Source of the DNA: Candidatus Fimenecus sp.
Lineage (GTDB): Bacteria > Bacillota > Clostridia > Oscillospirales > Acutalibacteraceae
Assembly (NCBI GenBank): GCA_045631075.1
Contig: JAZQUC010000017.1
Span: 1 to 51,114 of the forward strand
Direction of reading: 5' to 3'
DNA: 51,114 bases
In this document: piece by piece, positions 43,442 through 51,114 of the stretch
Layout: each line of letters begins with the position of its first letter
Position numbering within the stretch: position 1 is the stretch's first letter
Notes under the pieces: model-generated
Seen by the model: only the letters and a program-made list of their open reading frames with translations
What the model was told of the DNA's origin: nothing
The model's database searches: none
Program-made: the position numbers and the translations under genes

Positions 43442-43770
43442 ATGAGTAAATTGGGCAGTTGCGTAAGTGTTTACTTGTGAGGAAAGTCCGAGCATCATAC
43501 AGCAGGGTAACGGCTAACAGCCGCCGAGGGTGACCTTAGGGAAAGTGCATAGAGAATAACCGCCGTTTTTACGGTAAGGGTGGAAAGGCGAGGTAAGAGC
43601 TCACCAGCGTTGCAGAGATGTAACGGCTGAGCAAACCCTACCCGATGCAACATCGACTGGAGTTGTCAGCTGGGCAGATACTCCGAAAGATGGCTTCAGG
43701 TATGTGGCAACACATATCGCAGATAGATAATTGCCTTAAACGACAGAACTCGGCTTACAGATTTACTCAT
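43442..43770 (+). ncRNA. rnpB: RNase P RNA (bacterial; class-A-like features)
   Basis: The P4 strands GAGGAAAGTCCG (43479-43490) and ACAGAACTCGGCTTAC are present. GGTAAGGGTGGAAAGGCGAGGTAAGAGCTCACC resembles the class A P10-P12 region. P1 is formed by TGAGTAAAT / ATTTACTCA. Confidence 0.9.
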
Positions 43771-43775
43771 TTTTA

Positions 43776-43808
43776 TAACAGAGTGCTTATGTGCTCTGTT
43801 ATTTTTTT
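43776..43808 (+). terminator. Terminator after rnpB
   Basis: AACAGAG..CTCTGTT stem followed by ATTTTTTT. Confidence 0.65.
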
Positions 43809-43860
43809 CTTTCAAAACAATATTTTTCTTATATTATGTTGTCTAAGATATATATATAGG

Positions 43861-43889
43861 TTGACAAAAATCAAAATGATTTTTAAAAT
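43861..43889 (+). promoter_or_regulatory. Candidate lipase promoter (TTGACA-17-TAAAAT)
   Basis: TTGACA 43861-43866 and TAAAAT 43884-43889. Confidence 0.6.
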
Positions 43890-43912
43890 ATATATAAGAA
43901 AGGATGATTATT

Positions 43913-45217
43913 ATGAAAAAAGTATTAGTTGTTATGTTGACGATTGCTGTTGTGTTTTCAATAGCAGTGATTCCCGCATCTGCTTGTACTGGGGTGAATA
44001 ATGATGTTCAGTTTCGTCCTGTGAATAAAAACAGTTTTGTGACTGACTACCCTTATGTATTTGTTCACGGAATGGGTGGTTGGGGACCAACAAATAAGTT
44101 TTATAAATTTTCACCTTACTGGGGTGGAGGACTCTCTCTTTCTAATAACGACTTTGTGAAAATGTTAAATGACCAAGGCGTTGAAGCTTATGCTGCTGCA
44201 GTTGGTCCTTTGAACAGTGCTTGGGATAGAGCTTGTGAACTTTATGCTCAACTTACAGGTACAGTTGTTGATTATGGTGAAGCACATTCAAAAGCACATA
44301 ACCATGACAGATATGGATTTTCATACGAAGGTGTTCCATTAATGGGAAAAGAATGGAATCCTAATGATAAAATCAATCTCGTTGGACATTCATTCGGTGG
44401 TGAAACAATCAGACTTTTCACTTCTCTTATGACTTATGGTTGTGAAGAAGAAATTGATGCAACAGGTGATGCTACAAGTCCTTTGTTTATTGGTGGTTAT
44501 GATAGTGTTCATTCGTGTATTACACTTTCAAGTCCTCACAATGGTACACAAGTGGCAAATATCTTATATGACCCAGGATACCCACTTTATGGAGTTGTAT
44601 TTCTTTATAATGTAATCGGCTCAACTCTTGGTAATAATTTTCTTGTTTTTTCATTACAAATGAGTCATTTTGGACTTACACCTGCACAGGGTGAAAGAAA
44701 AGCCAATATCAATATGCAGAGTGTATCAAATTACTATTACGCAGAGGATAATTGCTATTACGATTTGACCATTCGTGGAGCTAAAGAACTTAACGAAAAA
44801 ATTAAACTTTCACCAAATACATATTATTATTCATATACTACATCTGCGACAAATCAGATTAGTGAAAATGGTCCACAGATTATAAATAAAACTGTTACGC
44901 CTATTTTCTATATCTCATCTGGAATGATGTTCTTGTCAGAAGGGAAAACTTATGATGGAGTTACAATAGAAGGTAATTGGGCGGCCCATGATGGCATTGT
45001 GCCACTTGCAAGCGCATTATATCCTGAATGTGATGCTGCAACTGCAAAAAGTTATGAAGAAAGTATCGCAAGTGGTGAAATTATTGAGCCTGGCAGATGG
45101 TATTATATGAAAACATTAGAGGGTACTGACCATTTCGATTTTTGTGGTACAAAGGATTACCCAACAAGTGCTGATGATTTTTATTTATCAATGGTTGAAA
45201 CGGCAAATAGCAGATAA
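43913..45217 (+). CDS. Secreted alpha/beta-hydrolase lipase/esterase
   Basis: Signal peptide. YPYVFVHGMGGWG oxyanion region, GHSFGG nucleophile elbow and C-terminal GTDHFDF (His). Confidence 0.8.
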   Translation: MKKVLVVMLTIAVVFSIAVIPASACTGVNNDVQFRPVNKNSFVTDYPYVFVHGMGGWGPTNKFYKFSPYWGGGLSLSNNDFVKMLNDQGVEAYAAAVGPLNSAWDRACELYAQLTGTVVDYGEAHSKAHNHDRYGFSYEGVPLMGKEWNPNDKINLVGHSFGGETIRLFTSLMTYGCEEEIDATGDATSPLFIGGYDSVHSCITLSSPHNGTQVANILYDPGYPLYGVVFLYNVIGSTLGNNFLVFSLQMSHFGLTPAQGERKANINMQSVSNYYYAEDNCYYDLTIRGAKELNEKIKLSPNTYYYSYTTSATNQISENGPQIINKTVTPIFYISSGMMFLSEGKTYDGVTIEGNWAAHDGIVPLASALYPECDAATAKSYEESIASGEIIEPGRWYYMKTLEGTDHFDFCGTKDYPTSADDFYLSMVETANSR

Positions 45218-45223
45218 AATTGA

Positions 45224-45256
45224 AAGGACTGTCATTGACGGTCCTTTTTAACATTG
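45224..45256 (+). terminator. Intrinsic terminator after the lipase gene
   Basis: GGACTGTC-ATT-GACGGTCC followed by TTTTT. Confidence 0.8.
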
Positions 45257-45292
45257 TAATAATTATTACATATAATGAGTCGAGGTGATTTT

Positions 45293-45637
45293 ATGTTCGA
45301 CTCTATAATTTGGTTTGTTTTTGTTGTTCTTATACTGCTTGGAACAGTTGCAATTTGTTACCTTATTATGTTAAAATTGTTATTATCAAAAATGTATAAT
45401 GCTTATTATGTTATTTTGCCTTGCAATGAAAATTCAAAAGATGTTCGAAAAAAAGCATACGGAATGCGAATTAAATTAAATTTCATAAATGAAGATATAA
45501 ACAGTAAAATTGTTGTTCTTGATTATGGGATGAATAATGATGAAAAAGAAGATTTACTGAATATTTGCAAAGAGTGTAATGGCATATATTATGTGAAAAA
45601 TGAGTGCTTAAAGGATTTTTTAGATGGAAGAATTTGA
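45293..45637 (+). CDS. Small membrane-anchored hypothetical protein
   Basis: 114 aa from ATG 45293 (RBS GAGGTG) with one N-terminal TM helix. Overlaps the recD2 start by 14 nt. No family recognised. Confidence 0.45.
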   Translation: MFDSIIWFVFVVLILLGTVAICYLIMLKLLLSKMYNAYYVILPCNENSKDVRKKAYGMRIKLNFINEDINSKIVVLDYGMNNDEKEDLLNICKECNGIYYVKNECLKDFLDGRI

Positions 45638-47825
45638 ATCAAAAATCAAATTAAAAGGTATTGTAACTGATATAACCTTTCGTAATGATATGAATGGTTA
45701 TACGGTTTTCCTTGTCGATACAAGCGATGAAGAAATAACCGTAGTTGGTATAACACCTGATTTGAAAATGGGTGACAAAGTCGAACTTGTAGGAGATTAT
45801 ACATATCATTCAGTTTACGGAAGACAGTTTAAAGCTGACTTCTGCAATGCCTTGTTGCCTGAAACAGTAGAAGACTTATATCACTATCTTGCAAGTGGTG
45901 TTATTAAGGGTATTCGTGAATCAACTGCATTAAAAATTATTGATAAATTTGGTGAAAAGACATTTGATGTTCTTGAAAACGAACCTGAAAGACTTGCTGA
46001 AATCAAGGGCATTTCATTGGAAAAAGCCAAAAAAATCGGGAAAGAATACAAAAGACAAGCATCCACAAGAATGCTCATTATTAATCTTTCAAAATATGGT
46101 CTTAATACTAACGAATGTCTTATTGCATTTGATAAATTAGGTGCAAGTGCTGTTGAAATAATCGAAAATAATCCATATGTTCTTTGTGAAGGTGATAAAA
46201 GAATTTCATTTGAACGAGTAGAGCAAATAGCAGATATGTTGCCTAATAAGCCTGACTCAAAGCACAGAATTGAAGCAGGAATCTTGTATGTTATAAGACA
46301 TAATTATCTTAATGGTCATACTTGTCTTCCACTTGAAAAAATTTATACACCATCAGGTGAACTTTTAAATGAAACAAGAGAAAACATAGAAATTGCTGTG
46401 GAAAACCTTGTTTCAAATAAAAGGGTTATTGTTGAAAAAATTGGTAAAAAAGATTTTGTTTTTTTGCCTGAAAGTTATATTGCTGAAAAAAGTATTGCAA
46501 GCAGATTGAGAGTTTTATTAAAGTTTCCGCCTGAAAATCCAATTGACGTAGTATCGTATATTTCTAAAATTGAAAAAAGACATAACATTGAATATGCAGA
46601 ACTTCAGAAAGAGGCAATAATTACTGCAGTAAATAAGGGAATTCTTATTCTGACAGGTGGTCCGGGTACAGGTAAAACAACAACACTTAATGGTATTATT
46701 AGTATGTTCGAAAAGGATTTTCTTGATATTGCACTTTGTGCACCGACAGGTCGTGCAGCACAAAGAATGACGGAAACAACAGGACGAACAGCAACAACAA
46801 TTCATAGACTTTTAGAAGTTGAATGGGGAGAAGGGGATAAACCGGTTTTTAAACGAAATCTTCGTAACCCTCTTGATTGTCAGGCTCTTATAGTTGATGA
46901 AATGTCTATGGTTGATATTTTCTTGTTTTCAAGTCTTCTTGATGCACTTCCTTTTGGTTGCAGACTGATTATGGTTGGGGATAGTGACCAGTTGCCATCT
47001 GTAAGTCCGGGTAATGTTCTTAAAGATTTAATTGAAAGTGGTCTTTTACCTGTTGTACAGTTGAAGGAAATTTTTCGTCAATCAATGGACAGTAACATTG
47101 TAAAGAATGCGCATGCCATTGTTAATGGTGAATATATTGAAACCGATAACAAAACAGGCGATTTTTATATGATGCAAAGAGCTTTTGCACTTGATGCCGT
47201 TCGTACCATAAAGGAACTTTCAATAACAAGACTTACTAATGCATATGGTTTTGACCCTGCAACACAGATTCAGGTACTTTGTCCATCAAAAAAAGGTGAA
47301 ACAGGTACGGTAAACCTTAATAATGTATTGCAAGAAGCACTTAATTCACCATCACAGAATAAAAGAGAACATAATACAGGTTATCGTCTTTTCCGTGAAG
47401 GTGATAAGGTAATGCAGACGCGTAATAATTATAACATTCACTGGGAATCTGATGATGGTGATGGTGACGGAATTTTCAATGGTGATATTGGTTTTATTGA
47501 AACTATTGATATGCGTAATGATGCTGTTATCATTGATTTTTCAGGAAAACGTGCTACATATTCTAAAGAGCAATTGCAGGAAATTGAACTTGCATACGCC
47601 ATAACTGTTCATAAAAGTCAGGGTAGTGAATTTGATGCAGTAATTATGCCTGTAATCTCAGTTAACAGCAGACTTTGTTATAGAAATCTTTTGTATACTG
47701 CAGTTACACGAGCAAAAAAGTTGATGATTCTTGTTGGTACAACAGGGTGTCTTAACAGTATGATTGATAATAATAAGACTCAATTAAGATATTCATCACT
47801 TAAACATTTTTTGCTTGACAATTAA
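45624..47825 (+). CDS. recD2: SF1B ATP-dependent RecD-like DNA helicase (RecD2)
   Basis: 733 aa. N-terminal OB/HhH region, Walker A LTGGPGTGKTT, Walker B LIVDEMSMVD, and AITVHKSQGSE / YTAVTRAK C-terminal motifs. Confidence 0.92.
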   Translation: MEEFESKIKLKGIVTDITFRNDMNGYTVFLVDTSDEEITVVGITPDLKMGDKVELVGDYTYHSVYGRQFKADFCNALLPETVEDLYHYLASGVIKGIRESTALKIIDKFGEKTFDVLENEPERLAEIKGISLEKAKKIGKEYKRQASTRMLIINLSKYGLNTNECLIAFDKLGASAVEIIENNPYVLCEGDKRISFERVEQIADMLPNKPDSKHRIEAGILYVIRHNYLNGHTCLPLEKIYTPSGELLNETRENIEIAVENLVSNKRVIVEKIGKKDFVFLPESYIAEKSIASRLRVLLKFPPENPIDVVSYISKIEKRHNIEYAELQKEAIITAVNKGILILTGGPGTGKTTTLNGIISMFEKDFLDIALCAPTGRAAQRMTETTGRTATTIHRLLEVEWGEGDKPVFKRNLRNPLDCQALIVDEMSMVDIFLFSSLLDALPFGCRLIMVGDSDQLPSVSPGNVLKDLIESGLLPVVQLKEIFRQSMDSNIVKNAHAIVNGEYIETDNKTGDFYMMQRAFALDAVRTIKELSITRLTNAYGFDPATQIQVLCPSKKGETGTVNLNNVLQEALNSPSQNKREHNTGYRLFREGDKVMQTRNNYNIHWESDDGDGDGIFNGDIGFIETIDMRNDAVIIDFSGKRATYSKEQLQEIELAYAITVHKSQGSEFDAVIMPVISVNSRLCYRNLLYTAVTRAKKLMILVGTTGCLNSMIDNNKTQLRYSSLKHFLLDN

Positions 47826-47861
47826 TTTGTCAGGTGTATAATGTAATCAAGCCAAGTAAAT

Positions 47862-47955
47862 ATAGTTATGGGTGCTGACGGGTAAGTCGGCTGAGATTGA
47901 GGGTAATCCACCTCTGACCATTGAACCTGATACGGATAATGCCGGCGTAGGAAAT
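47862..47955 (+). promoter_or_regulatory. TPP (THI-box) riboswitch aptamer
   Basis: GGGTGCTG...GGCTGAGA...ACC..TGAACCTGATACGGATAATGCCGGCGTAGGAA matches the THI-element consensus. It lies upstream of a thiamine transporter gene. Confidence 0.9.
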
Positions 47956-47957
47956 TT

Positions 47958-47996
47958 TCATTCAGCCTTGCGGTATTCCTTGGCTGAATTTTTTAT
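47958..47996 (+). terminator. Expression-platform terminator of the TPP riboswitch
   Basis: ATTCAGCC ... GGCTGAAT stem followed by TTTTTT, just upstream of the thiT RBS (GGAGG). Confidence 0.8.
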
Positions 47997-48012
47997 TTGG
48001 AGGTAAAAGAGA

Positions 48013-48669
48013 ATGAAAAAGAAAAATCTATATTGGTTGGTAGAAAGTGCAGTTATGATTGCACTTGCAGCAGTTCTTGAACTTGTTGCAAAAATGGTAA
48101 TACCCGAAATGCCATTCGGTGGACAGGTTACAATAGTAAGTATGTTACCTATTGTGCTTGTTGGTTGGAAATATGGTATTGGAAAAGGTATTGTTACAGG
48201 TTTTGTTTATTCACTTGTACAGATGGCTTTGGGTGTAAAGACAATAAGCAGTCTTATTTTACCTTCATCTGATGACTATCTTGGTGGCCTTGGCAACATT
48301 GTATTGATGTTTATTTTTGATTATATTGTTGCTTATACTGTACTTGGCCTTGGTGCAATATATAAACAAAGAATCAGGAATAACAGCGTATCTCTTACTT
48401 TAGGTGCATTCACAGTTTTAACACTGCGATACATTTCACATATTATTTCAGGCTATATTCTTTATGGTGCATGGGCAGAATGGTTTTTTACACAGGAAGG
48501 TTTCTACTCATGGGGACAAACAATAATGAATACATATACAGGAAATGCTCTTTCTCTTGTTTACTCGATAATATATAACGGATTTTATATGATTCCAGAA
48601 ATTATTATCACAACTGTCGTCGCGGTAATTATAGGCAAAATTCCTCAAATCACAAAGGTTAAAAATTAA
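48013..48669 (+). CDS. thiT: Thiamine transporter ThiT (ECF S-component)
   Basis: 218 aa with 6 TM segments. The N-terminus E.AVMIALA.VL and the preceding TPP riboswitch support the call. Confidence 0.85.
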   Translation: MKKKNLYWLVESAVMIALAAVLELVAKMVIPEMPFGGQVTIVSMLPIVLVGWKYGIGKGIVTGFVYSLVQMALGVKTISSLILPSSDDYLGGLGNIVLMFIFDYIVAYTVLGLGAIYKQRIRNNSVSLTLGAFTVLTLRYISHIISGYILYGAWAEWFFTQEGFYSWGQTIMNTYTGNALSLVYSIIYNGFYMIPEIIITTVVAVIIGKIPQITKVKN

Positions 48670-48674
48670 AACAA

Positions 48675-48712
48675 AAGACTCCCTTGATGGTTTTCAAGGG
48701 AGTTTAATCTTT
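48675..48712. terminator. Bidirectional terminator between thiT and the convergent comM-like gene
   Basis: GACTCCCTTGA-TGGTTT-TCAAGGGAGT, flanked by A- and T-rich runs. Confidence 0.8.
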
Positions 48713-50250
48713 TATTCAAAATTTCTGTCAAAGCTTCTGTATTGGATTGCCTCTGTAATATGCTTTGTATCAATTATTTCCGAATGGTCAAGGTCAGCAA
48801 TTGTTCTTGCAATTCTTAATACTTTGTCATATGCTCTTGCAGAAAGTGAAAGTCTTTCGAATGCAGTTTTAAGAATAAGCAAAGCATTTTCAGTTAACTT
48901 GCAGAATTTTCTTGTTGCAGAAGCATCCATTTTTGCATTACAAGTAATCTTTGTACCCACAAATCGTTTGTGTTGTATTTGTCTTGCTAATTCAACGCGC
49001 TTTTTAATATCAGCAGAACATTCAGCCTTACTTGTTCCTGAAAGATTTTCAAAATCTACAGGTGGAACATTTATATGAATATCAAGTCTGTCAATAAGAG
49101 GACCACTTACTCTGTTAAGATATCGTTGCGCAGCACCATTTGAACAGGTACATGGTCTTGTAGGATGTCCATGATAACCACAAGGACATGGATTCATTGC
49201 GCAAATCATCATGACTGAACAAGGATATTGAAATTTTGCAGCAGCACGAGAAATGCTGATAACACCATCTTCAATTGGTTGACGAAGAACTTCAAGTGTA
49301 TTTCTTGTGAATTCAGGTAACTCATCAAGAAACAAAACACCATTATGTGCAAGTGATACTTCGCCTGGTCTTGGAATTGCACCACCACCGGAAAGTCCGG
49401 CAGGGGATACTGTGTGATGTGGTGAGCGGAATGGTCTTGAACGAATAAGTGAAATACCGCTTGGTAATGCACCTGCAATTGAATATATATTTGTTGTTTC
49501 AATTGATTCATCAAATGTCATATCAGGTAAGATTGATGGCATTCGTTTTGCAAGCATACTTTTACCTGAACCAGGAGGTCCGACCATGAGAACATTATGA
49601 CCACCTGCAGCAGCAATTTCTAATGCTCTCTTAACCTCTTCCTGTCCTCTAACATCTGAAAAATCTGGAATGTTGACAGGATTGTAATATTCCTTATATT
49701 CGTCAGTTGTAATAGGTTTAATTTCTTCGATTCCTGTTAAGTGTTTTAATAATTGAAATACGCTTTTAACAGGATAAACTTCAATACCCCTAACAACAGC
49801 GCCCTCACTTATGTTTTCATATGGAATAAAAATTTTTTTGATTCCATTCTTTTTAGCACAAAGAACCATCGGTAAAACACCGTTAACTTTTCTTAACTCA
49901 CCATCTAGAGCCAATTCACCGATAAACGCCATTTCATCGGTAACACCTTTTAACTGTTCGTTTGCACTAAGTAATGCAATTAGAATAGGAAGGTCATAAA
50001 TGGGACCTTCTTTCTTTATATCTGCAGGAGCAAGGTTGACAGTTATTCTGCTGACTGGATATTGTAAATTGGCATTTTTAATTGCTGAACGGACACGTTC
50101 TCTGCTTTCAGATACAGCAGTATCAGGGAGTCCAACAATATCAAAGCGAGGCATTCCGCCTGATATATCAGCCTCAACAATTACCTTGTATGCTTCCATT
50201 CCAAAAAGTCCTAGACTTATAATTCTTGAAAACAAAATATCACATCCCAA
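48712..50250 (-). CDS. comM: YifB/ComM family Mg-chelatase-like AAA+ ATPase
   Basis: The N-terminal Lon-protease-like domain begins G..AY.V.VE.DIS.G. Walker A is GPPGSGKSM. FLDELPEF is also present, and a ChlI-like C-terminus. The tracked start is TTG 50250; an in-frame TTG at 50235 is equally possible. Confidence 0.92.
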   Translation of the reverse strand: MGCDILFSRIISLGLFGMEAYKVIVEADISGGMPRFDIVGLPDTAVSESRERVRSAIKNANLQYPVSRITVNLAPADIKKEGPIYDLPILIALLSANEQLKGVTDEMAFIGELALDGELRKVNGVLPMVLCAKKNGIKKIFIPYENISEGAVVRGIEVYPVKSVFQLLKHLTGIEEIKPITTDEYKEYYNPVNIPDFSDVRGQEEVKRALEIAAAGGHNVLMVGPPGSGKSMLAKRMPSILPDMTFDESIETTNIYSIAGALPSGISLIRSRPFRSPHHTVSPAGLSGGGAIPRPGEVSLAHNGVLFLDELPEFTRNTLEVLRQPIEDGVISISRAAAKFQYPCSVMMICAMNPCPCGYHGHPTRPCTCSNGAAQRYLNRVSGPLIDRLDIHINVPPVDFENLSGTSKAECSADIKKRVELARQIQHKRFVGTKITCNAKMDASATRKFCKLTENALLILKTAFERLSLSARAYDKVLRIARTIADLDHSEIIDTKHITEAIQYRSFDRNFE

Positions 50251-50368
50251 TGTTAATGTAATAATTATACAATATTACGCATAATATTTTCAATATTAAA
50301 TTGAAATCATATTTACATTTGACAAAAAATAGGATAAAATATATACAGATAAATTTGGAGGTTTTATA

Positions 50369-51114
50369 ATGAACGACATAAATAAACTCTATAATTTGTG
50401 GACTTCTTCTGCTGTTGCAGATAAAGACTTGATTACTGAGCTTGAAAATATTAAAGGTGACGACGAAGCAATTCTTGACCGTTTTTATAAAAATCTTGAG
50501 TTTGGTACTGCAGGACTTCGTGGTGTTATTGGTGCAGGAACAAACAGAATGAACGTATATACTGTTAATCAGGCAACACAGGGATTAGCTGATTATCTTA
50601 ACGAATCGTTTGAAAATCCTTCAGTTGCAATTGCTTATGATTCAAGAATTAAGTCAAAGGAATTTGCAGAAAGTGCAGCCGGTGTTCTTGCAGCGAATGG
50701 AATTAAAGTTTATATTTATCCTGAACTTGTTCCAACTCCTATGCTCTCTTTTGCTGTTAGAAGACTTAATTGTTCATCAGGTATTATTATTACAGCCAGT
50801 CATAATCCATCAAAGTATAATGGTTATAAATGTTATGATCCAAATGGATACCAGATGACTGATGAGGCAGCTGAAAAAACATATAATTATATTCAGAATA
50901 TTGATATGTTCACAGGTGTTAAAACAATGGATTTTGATGATGCACTTGCTGAGGATATGGTTGATTTTATTGAAGATTGGCTTTATGATGAATTTTATGA
51001 GAAAGTTCTTTCTTGTCGTGTAAATCCTGATGCAATCAAAAAATCAGGACTTAAGATTATTTATACACCACTTAACGGTGCAGGTAATAAGCCTGTGCGC
51101 AAGGTGTTTAAAAT
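50369..51114 (+). CDS. Phosphoglucomutase/phosphomannomutase family protein (5' partial, runs off the window)
   Basis: GGAGG RBS lies before ATG 50369. The frame is open to the window end. FGTAGLRG and the phosphoserine loop TASHNPSKYNGYK are present. Not in the supplied ORF track because it has no stop in the window. Confidence 0.9.
   Translation, partial: MNDINKLYNLWTSSAVADKDLITELENIKGDDEAILDRFYKNLEFGTAGLRGVIGAGTNRMNVYTVNQATQGLADYLNESFENPSVAIAYDSRIKSKEFAESAAGVLAANGIKVYIYPELVPTPMLSFAVRRLNCSSGIIITASHNPSKYNGYKCYDPNGYQMTDEAAEKTYNYIQNIDMFTGVKTMDFDDALAEDMVDFIEDWLYDEFYEKVLSCRVNPDAIKKSGLKIIYTPLNGAGNKPVRKVFK

Noticed and set aside
43645-44001. 118-aa ORF in the supplied track
   Set aside because: Its first half lies inside the RNase P RNA gene and its terminator. 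It has no RBS, and its 3' end overlaps the lipase signal-peptide region in another frame. It is a by-product of the RNA gene.

Overview
AT-rich chromosomal segment that looks like a spore-forming, plant-fibre-degrading Clostridia genome (Ruminococcaceae/Oscillospiraceae-like). The taxonomic guess rests on gene content only: a dockerin-bearing protein, GH5/GH43 and arabinose genes, and YpeB, SpoIVFB-like and SpoIID-like genes. Most of the window is housekeeping and mostly on the + strand: mnmA, ilvD, rplS, prmA, nifS-thiI, galE, recD2, comM, a partial phosphohexomutase, RNase P RNA, tRNA-Ser(CGA), and a TPP riboswitch in front of thiT. Accessory content includes an araK-araA-araD operon flanked by GH5 and GH43 genes, two very large secreted BspA-type LRR proteins, a bile-salt-hydrolase-family gene and pnuC. 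One LRR protein carries 13 Cys/His mini-repeats; the other is an S8 protease with a C-terminal dockerin. No transposase, integrase, CRISPR array or recognisable defence genes were seen. Six things are not explained by ordinary annotation. (1) An orphan promoter-to-terminator unit at 2747-2995 appears to encode a roughly 210-nt structured RNA. (2) A receiver-less LytTR regulator plus DUF3021-like membrane protein cassette has 21-bp phased ACCGAA direct repeats at its promoter and is bracketed by ~90-bp direct repeats. (3) Two families of GC-rich hairpin repeats sit in intergenic DNA. (4) A class B sortase is translationally coupled to a paralogue lacking catalytic His and Cys, followed by a bitopic SpoIID-like protein. 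(5) A consensus promoter inside the hydrolase gene feeds a leader with a terminator abutting the pnuC RBS. (6) The tandem Cys/His repeat array has an unusual Cys-flanked C-terminal motif. All functional calls come from reading the translated ORFs and sequence motifs by eye. No database search was run.
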